A stretch of 64,000 nt of DNA, from positions 208,438 to 272,437 of the IMG/VR virus record IMGVR_UViG_3300042889_001503. One strand, written 5' to 3'. A program made the position numbers and the translations under genes. This document shows, one piece after another, positions 36,204 to 44,710 of the stretch (the stretch's first letter is position 1; every line of letters begins with the position of its first letter). The notes beneath the pieces were generated by a model that had not been told where the DNA came from, ran no database searches, and saw only the letters and a program-made list of their open reading frames with translations.

Positions 36204-36596
36204 ATGAAAATTATAATAACTGAGAGTAAATTAAATCAAGCGGTCATTGATTACCTGAACGAGACATACGATACCAATAACATTGGTTGGACATATGGTA
36301 TTGATGATTGGGGTAATGAAGTGGACTACGCAATTGAATTTTATACTGACGATTATGATGAAGGTGATAATACTTTATTTAGATGGTATGGTGAAGATTA
36401 TTGGGATAGTGATGATGCTGATGGTTGGGGTGAACCATATCGTAGCGAATTAAAAAGTAAATCTCCTTTGTTAATATTTGAAAATGATGATGTTTTTATT
36501 GCTTTAAACGGTTATTTTGGTGATAAATGGAAACAACCATTTATTGATTGGTTTTGGGATAAATTCCACGTACCGGTTAAGACAATCAATAAGTAG
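36204..36596 (+). CDS. Leader-bearing acidic protein (WF family)
   Basis: MKIIITESK after TATTTAT 36193-36199; FIDWFWDKFHVPV. Confidence 0.75.
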   Translation: MKIIITESKLNQAVIDYLNETYDTNNIGWTYGIDDWGNEVDYAIEFYTDDYDEGDNTLFRWYGEDYWDSDDADGWGEPYRSELKSKSPLLIFENDDVFIALNGYFGDKWKQPFIDWFWDKFHVPVKTINK

Positions 36597-36677
36597 TGGA
36601 AAATAATTGATAAAATACCTCTTTTAGTGGAAAAAAACGCCATAAATGGTATAAAATTTGATATTTAATGGAAAACT

Positions 36678-36938
36678 ATGAAAAAAATTGTATTACTTTT
36701 AATGTTGGTTTTGTTAACTTCTTGTGAAGGTTATCAGACTATGGTTTACGCTTACGGTATTCGTCAAAGACCAGAACCACAACCAAGACCAAAACGAGTG
36801 TATCATTATTACACACCATACACTTATTATCCGGTAGTGACTCCGGTTTATGTTTATCCACGAAGATTTTCCGCACCATATTTTAATGTTAGAGGGAACA
36901 ACTTTGAACAACAACATCAGGGGGGAAGAAGACGTTAA
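36678..36938 (+). CDS. Putative Tyr/Pro-rich lipoprotein
   Basis: MKKIVLLLMLVLLTSC lipobox-type signal. Confidence 0.65.
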   Translation: MKKIVLLLMLVLLTSCEGYQTMVYAYGIRQRPEPQPRPKRVYHYYTPYTYYPVVTPVYVYPRRFSAPYFNVRGNNFEQQHQGGRRR

Positions 36939-37061
36939 TTTTTTTTAATCAATTTGGATTTTTATTTTTTTGAGATATTTATAAAAACTAGAGCATTATA
37001 TTACTAGTTTTTTTTATTAAATTTATTCTTATTATTAAGATAAAAATATCAAGACCCAAAT

Positions 37062-37085
37062 TCCCTCCTGTCCGGAGGGTTTTTT
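37062..37085 (+). terminator. Intrinsic terminator
   Basis: CCCTCC/GGAGGG plus T-run. Confidence 0.7.
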
Positions 37086-37107
37086 ATTTACACAGATATT
37101 TATAGTT

Positions 37108-38226
37108 ATGAAAATTAAGATTACCGAAACTCAATATAAAAATTTAGACGAAGCCGTTGGTGTCCCAACCAATATTATTTCCGTCTCCCAACAACTATAC
37201 GATAAGATGATGTTGGAACTTAGACCCAACGCCAATTTAAACGCTCAATTCCAAAAAACAATTACCTTAAAAGGTGATTTTCAAATTAACGAATATAAGT
37301 TTGACACAATAAAATTATCTTTTAATGTTCACGATTTGGATGATTATGAATTTGACGGTATAGAAAAACCTAAAGTGTTGTTAAATGGTATGACACACCA
37401 CGGGAAGGTTAAGATGAATGCTAAGTTTAATTATGAGGCAAACCAAAATATGAACAAAATTGAATTGTCAATTACTTTTGTTGTTGATAATGATGCGACA
37501 AGTCAAGACGTTATTGATGAGTTTAAGAAAGAACGAACATTAATGATTTCAAGTTTGGCTCACGAACTAAAACACGCTTATGATGAATCTGTTAACCCAA
37601 TAGTTCAAACACATAAAAGAGTTGATTATAATATTGGGACTCAAAGAAGATTTGGGAATATCCCACCGTTAAATAAATTATTAAATTATATGTATTTTGC
37701 TCACACCACAGAAAATTTGGTTAGAGCAACTGAAGTATATGCCGCGTTGGAAGAGAGTGGAATCACAAAGGAAGATTTTCTTAAATTTATCACAAACCAT
37801 AAAGTTTACGTTGCCTATAAAGATGGGATTAATTTAACTTACGAGGGATTAAAAGAAGATTTAAAGAATATTATTCCTCAAATTAAACAAACTTTTGACG
37901 ATAGTGGTATTAGTTATCCGGAGGACGCATCTGATGATGAGATGGTTGAAGTGACATTAGAGGTATTCTTTAAAACATTATTACAATGGAAAGCTGGTGG
38001 TATGAGAGATTTTTTAACCGATGATTTTATGGAAGAACTATTTGGATTCAGAGGTGCTAAACAAAGATATTTTGATAAGTATCTTAGTAAGATTACTCGA
38101 TTTGGTAACGACTACGAGAAATTCTTCAAATATGAGATTAATCAAACAAGAAACATTTGTCTTAAGATGACAAAAAAATTAAGTAAATTATATTCCTTAA
38201 TAAAAGACAAAAACCCCCAACAATAG
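37108..38226 (+). CDS. Leader-bearing protein with HExxH zinc-protease motif
   Basis: MKIKITETQYKNLDEA; LAHELKHAYD; TATTTATA at 37097-37104. Confidence 0.6.
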   Translation: MKIKITETQYKNLDEAVGVPTNIISVSQQLYDKMMLELRPNANLNAQFQKTITLKGDFQINEYKFDTIKLSFNVHDLDDYEFDGIEKPKVLLNGMTHHGKVKMNAKFNYEANQNMNKIELSITFVVDNDATSQDVIDEFKKERTLMISSLAHELKHAYDESVNPIVQTHKRVDYNIGTQRRFGNIPPLNKLLNYMYFAHTTENLVRATEVYAALEESGITKEDFLKFITNHKVYVAYKDGINLTYEGLKEDLKNIIPQIKQTFDDSGISYPEDASDDEMVEVTLEVFFKTLLQWKAGGMRDFLTDDFMEELFGFRGAKQRYFDKYLSKITRFGNDYEKFFKYEINQTRNICLKMTKKLSKLYSLIKDKNPQQ

Positions 38227-38240
38227 TTGAGGGTTTTTTT
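38211..38240. terminator. Terminator between convergent genes
   Basis: AAACCCCCAAC/GTTGAGGGTTT plus T-run. Confidence 0.7.
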
Positions 38241-38244
38241 ATTA

Positions 38245-38577
38245 TTAAGATTTAAATTTTTCTCCTTTAACTTTCACCCATTCCAAATCACCATCTAAAA
38301 TTAAGACATCACTATATGATGGGACATCTTTAGTGTTTTCCTCGGTGTGTTTATCATCATAATCATCCCCAATAGATGGGATAACTTTAACAAAATCAGA
38401 ACCTTCTTCGGTGATTGTTATTTTCCATTCACCATTATATAAAATAGTTCCTTTAGTCCCTAATGAAGTTTTAAACTTGATAGGTTTTCTCTCGGATGAG
38501 TAAGCCTCGACCTCATCAATAATTTGTCCGTCAATCTCAATTAAATCATCGGACGCTCCGTAAATCCTTGTTATCAT
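38245..38577 (-). CDS. Hypothetical phage protein
   Basis: 110 aa MITRIYGASDDLIEIDG. Confidence 0.7.
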   Translation of the reverse strand: MITRIYGASDDLIEIDGQIIDEVEAYSSERKPIKFKTSLGTKGTILYNGEWKITITEEGSDFVKVIPSIGDDYDDKHTEENTKDVPSYSDVLILDGDLEWVKVKGEKFKS

Positions 38578-38578
38578 A

Positions 38579-39313
38579 TTATCGTTTTAAGATTTCTTTA
38601 GAGTAAAATTCATCAAACCCAACCATCATTTCTGTCATAGATTTGTTTGTCTCTAATCCAACGATGTTATCAATTAAACCAAACTTTTTCGCCTCATCTG
38701 AGTTGAACCATTTGTCATTTCTTGATGACTCATACATCTCGTCAAATGTTTTCCCACAATTCTCCGCCAAGATTTTGAATAACATATAGTTATACTTCTC
38801 CGCCTCCAATTGGTTGATACGAGTGTCCTGAACATTTCCTTGTGTTCCGTGAGATACCATATGTGTCATAATTTTTGAGAAGATTAATGAACTTCTTTTT
38901 CCTTTGGCTCCTGACGATACTAATACGGAACCCATAGACGCACACATCCCAACATTTAATGTTGCAACATCCGGTTTGATGTAGTTCATAGTATCTCGGA
39001 TTCCAAGACCTGACAATACGGAACCTCCCGGAGTGTCAAGATACATACTGATATCTTTTTTATCTGTGGTTTCCAAGAAGATAAGTTGAGCTTGTATGAT
39101 AGATGCCATCTGACTCTCAACCGGTCCGGAAACCCAAATAATTCTGTCCATCATAAGTCGGGAGAAAATATCAAGTTGAGTTGCTCTCATCTCTCTTTCT
39201 TCCAAAATGTATGGAGTAACACTCTCGATGTGTTTTTGGTAGTAATCCAAATTAAGTCCTGAAATACCTCTGTCGCTCATCGCGAACTTTTGAAACTCTT
39301 TTCCGTAATTCAT
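38579..39313 (-). CDS. clpP: ATP-dependent Clp protease proteolytic subunit
   Basis: DIFSRLMMDRII, YLDTPGGSV, GMCASMGS (catalytic Ser), IMTH, AKKFGLID. Confidence 0.95.
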   Translation of the reverse strand: MNYGKEFQKFAMSDRGISGLNLDYYQKHIESVTPYILEEREMRATQLDIFSRLMMDRIIWVSGPVESQMASIIQAQLIFLETTDKKDISMYLDTPGGSVLSGLGIRDTMNYIKPDVATLNVGMCASMGSVLVSSGAKGKRSSLIFSKIMTHMVSHGTQGNVQDTRINQLEAEKYNYMLFKILAENCGKTFDEMYESSRNDKWFNSDEAKKFGLIDNIVGLETNKSMTEMMVGFDEFYSKEILKR

Positions 39314-39537
39314 TATGCTTTTTGTTTGGTTGGTACTAATGTTAATGCTTTTGCAACGGCAGCATCTTTGGACTTTAATCCTTTCTCAATAAGTTTTCCG
39401 TTTTTGTAGATTCGGAAATCATACGTCATTGAATACCCGTGTTTTTTTGTTGTATCTGGTTTTGACGTTGCTAACACATAAATGTCATTAAGACCCACTT
39501 TAACAACATACTTCCCTTTTGAACTTTGTTTTCCCAT
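39313..39537 (-). CDS. Small basic hypothetical protein
   Basis: Probable start MGKQSSKGK; TATCTTTG on minus strand at 39568-39575. Confidence 0.65.
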   Translation of the reverse strand: MGKQSSKGKYVVKVGLNDIYVLATSKPDTTKKHGYSMTYDFRIYKNGKLIEKGLKSKDAAVAKALTLVPTKQKA

Positions 39538-39636
39538 CTTTAAATGTTTTAGATTATTAATATTGGACAAAGATATACAAAAAATGTTATTACAACAACT
39601 TTTAATTAAAAATATTTTTATTATACTTGTGGTATT

Positions 39637-39870
39637 ATGGAGCAGAAAAAATTTGAAAAGATATTATATTCATTATATCCCGACCTTGAGGTTATGGACT
39701 ACACCTTGTTTGAGAGGTATGACGTTGGTGAGGATGGTCAATTTGAGAATAAAATGACTTCGGCAATTTTTGTTACGGTTAAAGGTGAGTTTCAAAGTAC
39801 CGGTGTTAGTATTGGTGAAGATATTAGTCGTATGGCAAATATTGAAGTTGTTGTAGATAAATTTGAATAA
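39637..39870 (+). CDS. Hypothetical protein
   Basis: 77 aa ORF. Confidence 0.65.
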   Translation: MEQKKFEKILYSLYPDLEVMDYTLFERYDVGEDGQFENKMTSAIFVTVKGEFQSTGVSIGEDISRMANIEVVVDKFE

Positions 39871-40290
39871 ATGGAGAAGAAACCGGATTTAGTTGTTTGG
39901 AGTGAAAAGGATGGTTACGACGCAAAATTAAAGTCGTATCCGACGAGTGCTGGTGGTCAAGGTTTTGACTTACCTAATGTTCCGTTGTTTAGAGAACAGT
40001 CATCAAAAAAGATGATGGATGTCTTTAACAGGGAACATCAAGAAATAAAAGAAAGGATTGAAAAGATGTATGATGAGTATAATACTTCCATTATGGTGTG
40101 GGAATCTAAAATTTCTTTTGAGCCGATAGTAGGAAAGTCATATTTTTTATATAACTTTGCAGGAGAATTAACATTATCTCTTATTGCACCCAATGAATGG
40201 AGACGAGGAGACGATTTTGTTGGTGAGTATTTATTAAATTCTGATAACAAATGGATAACAAAAAATCTTGCAAAGAATGTCCCTGGATAG
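39871..40290 (+). CDS. DUF2452-like protein
   Basis: YPTS, FEPIVGKSYFLY, LSLIAPNEW. Confidence 0.6.
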   Translation: MEKKPDLVVWSEKDGYDAKLKSYPTSAGGQGFDLPNVPLFREQSSKKMMDVFNREHQEIKERIEKMYDEYNTSIMVWESKISFEPIVGKSYFLYNFAGELTLSLIAPNEWRRGDDFVGEYLLNSDNKWITKNLAKNVPG

Positions 40291-40472
40291 TTAGGAATCA
40301 CTTTAACGATATGATTATCGGACATTCAATGAAACACGACAAGTCCCACAATTGTCATATGATACCTCCGGATAAAAGAGGTGGTCTGTGGGAAACAAAA
40401 GAAGAAACTAAATGTATTGGTAGAAAACAATTTGAAAAACAAAAAGAATATGAAAGCAACATTATCGTATAA
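40251..40472 (+). CDS. Small Cys/His metal-binding protein
   Basis: CKECPW...HNCHM...KCIG. Confidence 0.6.
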   Translation: MDNKKSCKECPWIVRNHFNDMIIGHSMKHDKSHNCHMIPPDKRGGLWETKEETKCIGRKQFEKQKEYESNIIV

Positions 40473-40698
40473 CTTAAACGACCCGGATGACAGAATGGCT
40501 CATATGAGAGCGGTTAAATCTTTGGATATGGCATCCGCATTATTTGAAATTACAAGAAACCTAAAAAAACAAGTTGAAAGAAAGTTTGAGAATGATGATA
40601 AAGAATATGACGAATTTGATGGTATCCAAGAGGTATTTGAAAGAATTTACGAAATATTGGGAGATAACAGTATAGATATAGATGAATTAATTAATTAA
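40450..40698 (+). CDS. Hypothetical protein
   Basis: Probable start MKATLSYNL; track start 40381. Confidence 0.65.
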   Translation: MKATLSYNLNDPDDRMAHMRAVKSLDMASALFEITRNLKKQVERKFENDDKEYDEFDGIQEVFERIYEILGDNSIDIDELIN

Positions 40699-40701
40699 GG
40701 T

Positions 40702-40905
40702 ATGGAACAAACAGAATTAGAATTTATGTTCTTTATGAAAGGAACATCAGGGTCATTTATGACAAACTTATTTAAAACCATAATGAATGCTGATATAGGT
40801 AATCAAGTAAAACTATCATTGGGATTCCCTAACGAAGTTGAGGTGGTTCGTAGATATCAAAACGAAGATGGTTATTGGCAAGAATTACAAAAAAAATTAG
40901 GGTAA
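40702..40905 (+). CDS. Hypothetical protein
   Basis: 67 aa ORF. Confidence 0.65.
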   Translation: MEQTELEFMFFMKGTSGSFMTNLFKTIMNADIGNQVKLSLGFPNEVEVVRRYQNEDGYWQELQKKLG

Positions 40906-40906
40906 T

Positions 40907-41293
40907 ATGAAAAAAAATACACGAATAGCGGTAATTGCTCACGACGGGAAAAAAGCGGATATGGTCGCCTTTATTATGAAGAGATTAGATTTCTTTAAAA
41001 AGGTTGATGTTATGGCAACAGGTACAACTGGAAAACATATTGAACACGCGGGACTTGATGTGAATTGTCTTAAATCAGGTCCTTTAGGTGGTGATGCTCA
41101 AATTGCTTCGTTAATATCTGATGGTAAAATAGACGCTGTTGTGTTTTTTATTGACCCATTAGGTCTTCATCCCCATCAGGTAGATGTGAATATGTTATTA
41201 CGAATTTGTAATGTTTATAATATACCATTGGCGACAAATTATTCCACAGCATCTTTAGTAATAAGTGGACTTAAAAAAAAATTAAAACTGTAA
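40907..41293 (+). CDS. mgsA: Methylglyoxal synthase
   Basis: IAVIAHDGKK, ATGTTG, SGPLGGDAQI, HPHQVDV, LLRICNV..IPLATN. Confidence 0.95.
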   Translation: MKKNTRIAVIAHDGKKADMVAFIMKRLDFFKKVDVMATGTTGKHIEHAGLDVNCLKSGPLGGDAQIASLISDGKIDAVVFFIDPLGLHPHQVDVNMLLRICNVYNIPLATNYSTASLVISGLKKKLKL

Positions 41294-41307
41294 CGTTAAA
41301 TTAAATT

Positions 41308-41760
41308 ATGAAAAAGTTAGTATTATTATTGTGTTTAGTATTGTCATCGTGTTATGTTCCTGAAGTTCACGAAGGACCAATAGATAACACCGGACCAATT
41401 ATCGTAAATCCCCCACCGGGTAGTGGAGGCGTTATCACAACACAAAGTTTGGTTGGTCAAACTTGGAAAATATTTTATTACCGAGTTGGTCCGATGGGAA
41501 CGGTTATGAGTGCGAATGACACGTTAATCTTTTTAACCTCATCGACTTACACTTATAACGGATATCAATCAACATACTACTTAACCCCAACCGGTTCCGG
41601 ATATAATTTAAGTTTGTATGAAACTCCTTGGGGTAATTTGAGTGGTTCAATATTATCAAACAATATAACTCAGGGACAAATATTGGGAACCAAGTTTGTG
41701 GACATCTCAACCGGGTCGTCAAATACCACTGAGTATTACTTGTGGATGAACAAAATATAA
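41308..41760 (+). CDS. Putative lipoprotein
   Basis: MKKLVLLLCLVLSSC lipobox-type signal. Confidence 0.7.
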   Translation: MKKLVLLLCLVLSSCYVPEVHEGPIDNTGPIIVNPPPGSGGVITTQSLVGQTWKIFYYRVGPMGTVMSANDTLIFLTSSTYTYNGYQSTYYLTPTGSGYNLSLYETPWGNLSGSILSNNITQGQILGTKFVDISTGSSNTTEYYLWMNKI

Positions 41761-41807
41761 CGATGTCTCCGACATTGATGTCGGGGACATATTAAAAAAA
41801 TAATAAA

Positions 41808-42362
41808 ATGGATAACGCAATTTACGAATACATAAAAAACGGAATAACTATTAATGGTAATCCAATTGATGGATATACTGTTTTCACAATCCCAACCCAA
41901 CATTTCAAAATTGATAATTTGGATGAATTAACGAAATGGACTTTTGAAAATGAGATTAGAAAACAGAAAGAACACGATGAATTAACTTCTGAGATATTCA
42001 AGGAAGTTCAAAAAGAAATTGACCAAGAGATTCTAAACCAATTACGTGGTGGTGAACCTAACCCGGATTTCATCCCAATGAATACGACTGATAGATTATT
42101 TCATAAATTTTTGGATGCTCCTGACCCCGATGCTGACCCGGACGTAATATGGGGTAAAAACCAATTTGTTAATATGTTATTAACCGATGATGACTTCTAC
42201 CAAAAGTGGGGTGAGAATTGTTGTGAAGAATTAACTTACGAAGAAAGATATAAATATTGGTTTTCACATAACTATGAAACCGGATTTGAATATACACCAA
42301 CTATTGAACCCGATTTTGATAATGATTATTTTGAACCAACACCAAAAAGAAAATTAAAATAA
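41808..42362 (+). CDS. Hypothetical protein with ThyA-insert-like motifs
   Basis: TDDDFYQKWGE and ELTYEERYKYW. Confidence 0.65.
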   Translation: MDNAIYEYIKNGITINGNPIDGYTVFTIPTQHFKIDNLDELTKWTFENEIRKQKEHDELTSEIFKEVQKEIDQEILNQLRGGEPNPDFIPMNTTDRLFHKFLDAPDPDADPDVIWGKNQFVNMLLTDDDFYQKWGENCCEELTYEERYKYWFSHNYETGFEYTPTIEPDFDNDYFEPTPKRKLK

Positions 42363-42363
42363 A

Positions 42364-43026
42364 ATGGAATTAAGTGTAATGGAAAGGTATGTTGCATTCA
42401 TTTGTAGTGAACTACCAAAAACAAGAAGAGTATTACTAACGCCACCACCTCCAATGGAAAACGGAGAGTATGGGTATAAGAGAATGAGTAAAGTCGGACC
42501 TCACGTTTATATGCCTGTGGAAATTGAGATTGTTGAAACATATACTCGTTCTGCTAAGTTGTGTGTCAAATTTGAGGATTATCAAATGAATGATATTTTC
42601 TATATGTCCCGTCATAAAGGACCGGATAAATTATTGGAGGAAATTGACAAGAAGATTGATAAGATTGTTAATAGAACCTTGATTGATGATGGAAGACAGG
42701 AGTGGGTTAGAGAACAATATAAAATCAAGAGTGATGATTTCCCGTTATTTAAACTTCGTCCGGGAGTTGAGGTTGATGTGTATGGTGATTTGTATAAGAG
42801 GTATCTTGTACATACTATTGAAGGTGTGAAAAATGGTTTTGATAGAATAAAAGGTTATTTAGATAATTGTTTAGTTGAGTTTGATGGTTCATATGAACAC
42901 TTCTCTAACCCATCATTCCAATATGGGTATAGACCTCATACACAAGAAGAATTTATTGAGAAGTTAAAAACCGACGAGGAGTTTAACAAAAAGTGGGGTG
43001 GTATGAGAAAAAATATTGTTGAGTAA
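42364..43026 (+). CDS. Hypothetical protein with ThyA-insert-like C-terminus
   Basis: TQEEFIEKLKTDEEFNKKWG. Confidence 0.7.
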   Translation: MELSVMERYVAFICSELPKTRRVLLTPPPPMENGEYGYKRMSKVGPHVYMPVEIEIVETYTRSAKLCVKFEDYQMNDIFYMSRHKGPDKLLEEIDKKIDKIVNRTLIDDGRQEWVREQYKIKSDDFPLFKLRPGVEVDVYGDLYKRYLVHTIEGVKNGFDRIKGYLDNCLVEFDGSYEHFSNPSFQYGYRPHTQEEFIEKLKTDEEFNKKWGGMRKNIVE

Positions 43027-43204
43027 TATGGAAATTAAAATAAGTAGTTTAGACCCAACCGGTGTATCAGATGAAATTTTCTCAACTGATACACATATAA
43101 AGTATTTTCGGTTTTTAGTTGAAATAGACGGAGTTAAATATATGTTAACCAAATTTGACTCTTACGTAATTGAAAATAATAACCCAAATAAAACTGAAGA
43201 GTAA
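43016..43204 (+). CDS. Hypothetical protein
   Basis: 62 aa ORF. Confidence 0.55.
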   Translation: MLSNMEIKISSLDPTGVSDEIFSTDTHIKYFRFLVEIDGVKYMLTKFDSYVIENNNPNKTEE

Positions 43205-43395
43205 TGTATATCATAGTTTGGAGAAATAGTCACCGGGAACCATTTATTGATGTGAATCATAGTCAATTTATGGAATCGTATTATAGTTACGAGGAGGCTA
43301 AGGCTGTTGCCGAAGAAATTGTTAAGAACGAAAGTGAGGGTGAACCAAGTCCTTGGTATTTTGATTATAAAATTTATGAAGAGGCAAATGGATAA
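43204..43395 (+). CDS. Hypothetical protein
   Basis: 63 aa ORF. Confidence 0.6.
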   Translation: MYIIVWRNSHREPFIDVNHSQFMESYYSYEEAKAVAEEIVKNESEGEPSPWYFDYKIYEEANG

Positions 43396-43561
43396 AAAAT
43401 TAGACATTAGTTGGAAATCTTATTCAAAAACCTTACCTTTGTCCAGAGAGATATATTTGGAAGTATTTGGTGAGCCAAAGACCCACGCAGAATGGGCGGA
43501 TAGTTTTAATAAAATAGGAAGAATAAACGGATTAATAATAAAACACACAAATGGCAACTAA
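43388..43561 (+). CDS. Hypothetical protein
   Basis: Probable start MDKKLD; track start 43307. Confidence 0.55.
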   Translation: MDKKLDISWKSYSKTLPLSREIYLEVFGEPKTHAEWADSFNKIGRINGLIIKHTNGN

Positions 43562-43868
43562 AAAAGAAAAGAAAGTTAGAGAAATAATTGATTTGGACCA
43601 CGATACCCTTATGGACTTGTGGGACAATGTTGGTTATAAAGGTGATAGTCACGAATTAAATGGTGAGACATATACTCACGTTGATAAAATAAACACATCG
43701 GATAAGTCCGACGGTGATTCTTGGGATTACATTATACAAAGAAAATCAGATGGGAAACATTTTAAATTTAATGTTTGGGATGCTGGTTCACATAATGGAT
43801 ATGTCTTTGAAGATAAGTTCTTAAAAGAAGTATTCCCTAAAACAGTTACAACAACCAAATATAAATAA
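43551..43868 (+). CDS. Hypothetical protein
   Basis: 105 aa ORF. Confidence 0.65.
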   Translation: MATKKEKKVREIIDLDHDTLMDLWDNVGYKGDSHELNGETYTHVDKINTSDKSDGDSWDYIIQRKSDGKHFKFNVWDAGSHNGYVFEDKFLKEVFPKTVTTTKYK

Positions 43869-43869
43869 A

Positions 43870-44373
43870 ATGGCGAAATACGATAATAAAAACAGAAAAC
43901 CCCACTTAGGATTACTAAATTTTGAGGGTGACACATTCAGAGCATACAAACTTGGTGTTTCTGATTACGTAATTGTGGATGACCACCACGAGATAATTGA
44001 ATTTACCAATACAAAAGGTATAATCTTTATTATGAATGGTGGTAAATCTTTAACAACAAGTTATGGTAGAACATATACCATCCCAAACGAACACGAGAAC
44101 GCAAGACCATCTGACGAACAATTAAGAAGTTTCTTGGGGTTGGCATCTTTGGAACAAGAAGAAGATGATTTGGAACTTTGGGAGTCCGTTCAATATAGAA
44201 TGGATGCAGAAGGTTTTGACTATTGTTTTGAGAGTTATAGTCATTGGGATGAAATCAAAGATGAAGAATTCCACCGGTTAAGAAAAGAGTTTTTAAGAAC
44301 GATGGAAGAACTGAGAAACTATATTGATAATAAAGTTGATGAAGGAAGACAAAAAGAGTGGGATGGGGAATAA
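43870..44373 (+). CDS. Hypothetical protein
   Basis: 167 aa ORF. Confidence 0.7.
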   Translation: MAKYDNKNRKPHLGLLNFEGDTFRAYKLGVSDYVIVDDHHEIIEFTNTKGIIFIMNGGKSLTTSYGRTYTIPNEHENARPSDEQLRSFLGLASLEQEEDDLELWESVQYRMDAEGFDYCFESYSHWDEIKDEEFHRLRKEFLRTMEELRNYIDNKVDEGRQKEWDGE

Positions 44374-44512
44374 TCCACAAGTAATTCACGATGAATTGTG
44401 GGACCATTACAGCGGGTTACCAAATCCGATGTGGTATCAACATATTACAGAATTAGAAGATGAAGAAGAAGATACAAGTGATAGTGATGATACTGAAGTT
44501 ACTACTGAATAA
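44363..44512 (+). CDS. Small acidic protein
   Basis: MGNNPQ...LWDHYSGLPNPMWY; track start 44324. Confidence 0.5.
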   Translation: MGNNPQVIHDELWDHYSGLPNPMWYQHITELEDEEEDTSDSDDTEVTTE

Positions 44513-44536
44513 AATAAAACAAAAAAGAAAAAGTAT

Positions 44537-44710
44537 ATGGGATTTATAGATAATCTTTACGCTGTGTATGAAAAAGTACCAGCACACGGGAGTAAAGAAC
44601 ATAATGTAATCTTGGCTCCTTTCAAAACTAAAGAAGAAGCAGAACAAAGCAGAATTAAATATGGTTATAACACCGATAATTATTACGTAGATATTTTGAA
44701 ATATGAATAA
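44537..44710 (+). CDS. Small hypothetical protein
   Basis: Manual ORF of 57 aa MGFIDNLYAVY. Confidence 0.5.
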   Translation: MGFIDNLYAVYEKVPAHGSKEHNVILAPFKTKEEAEQSRIKYGYNTDNYYVDILKYE

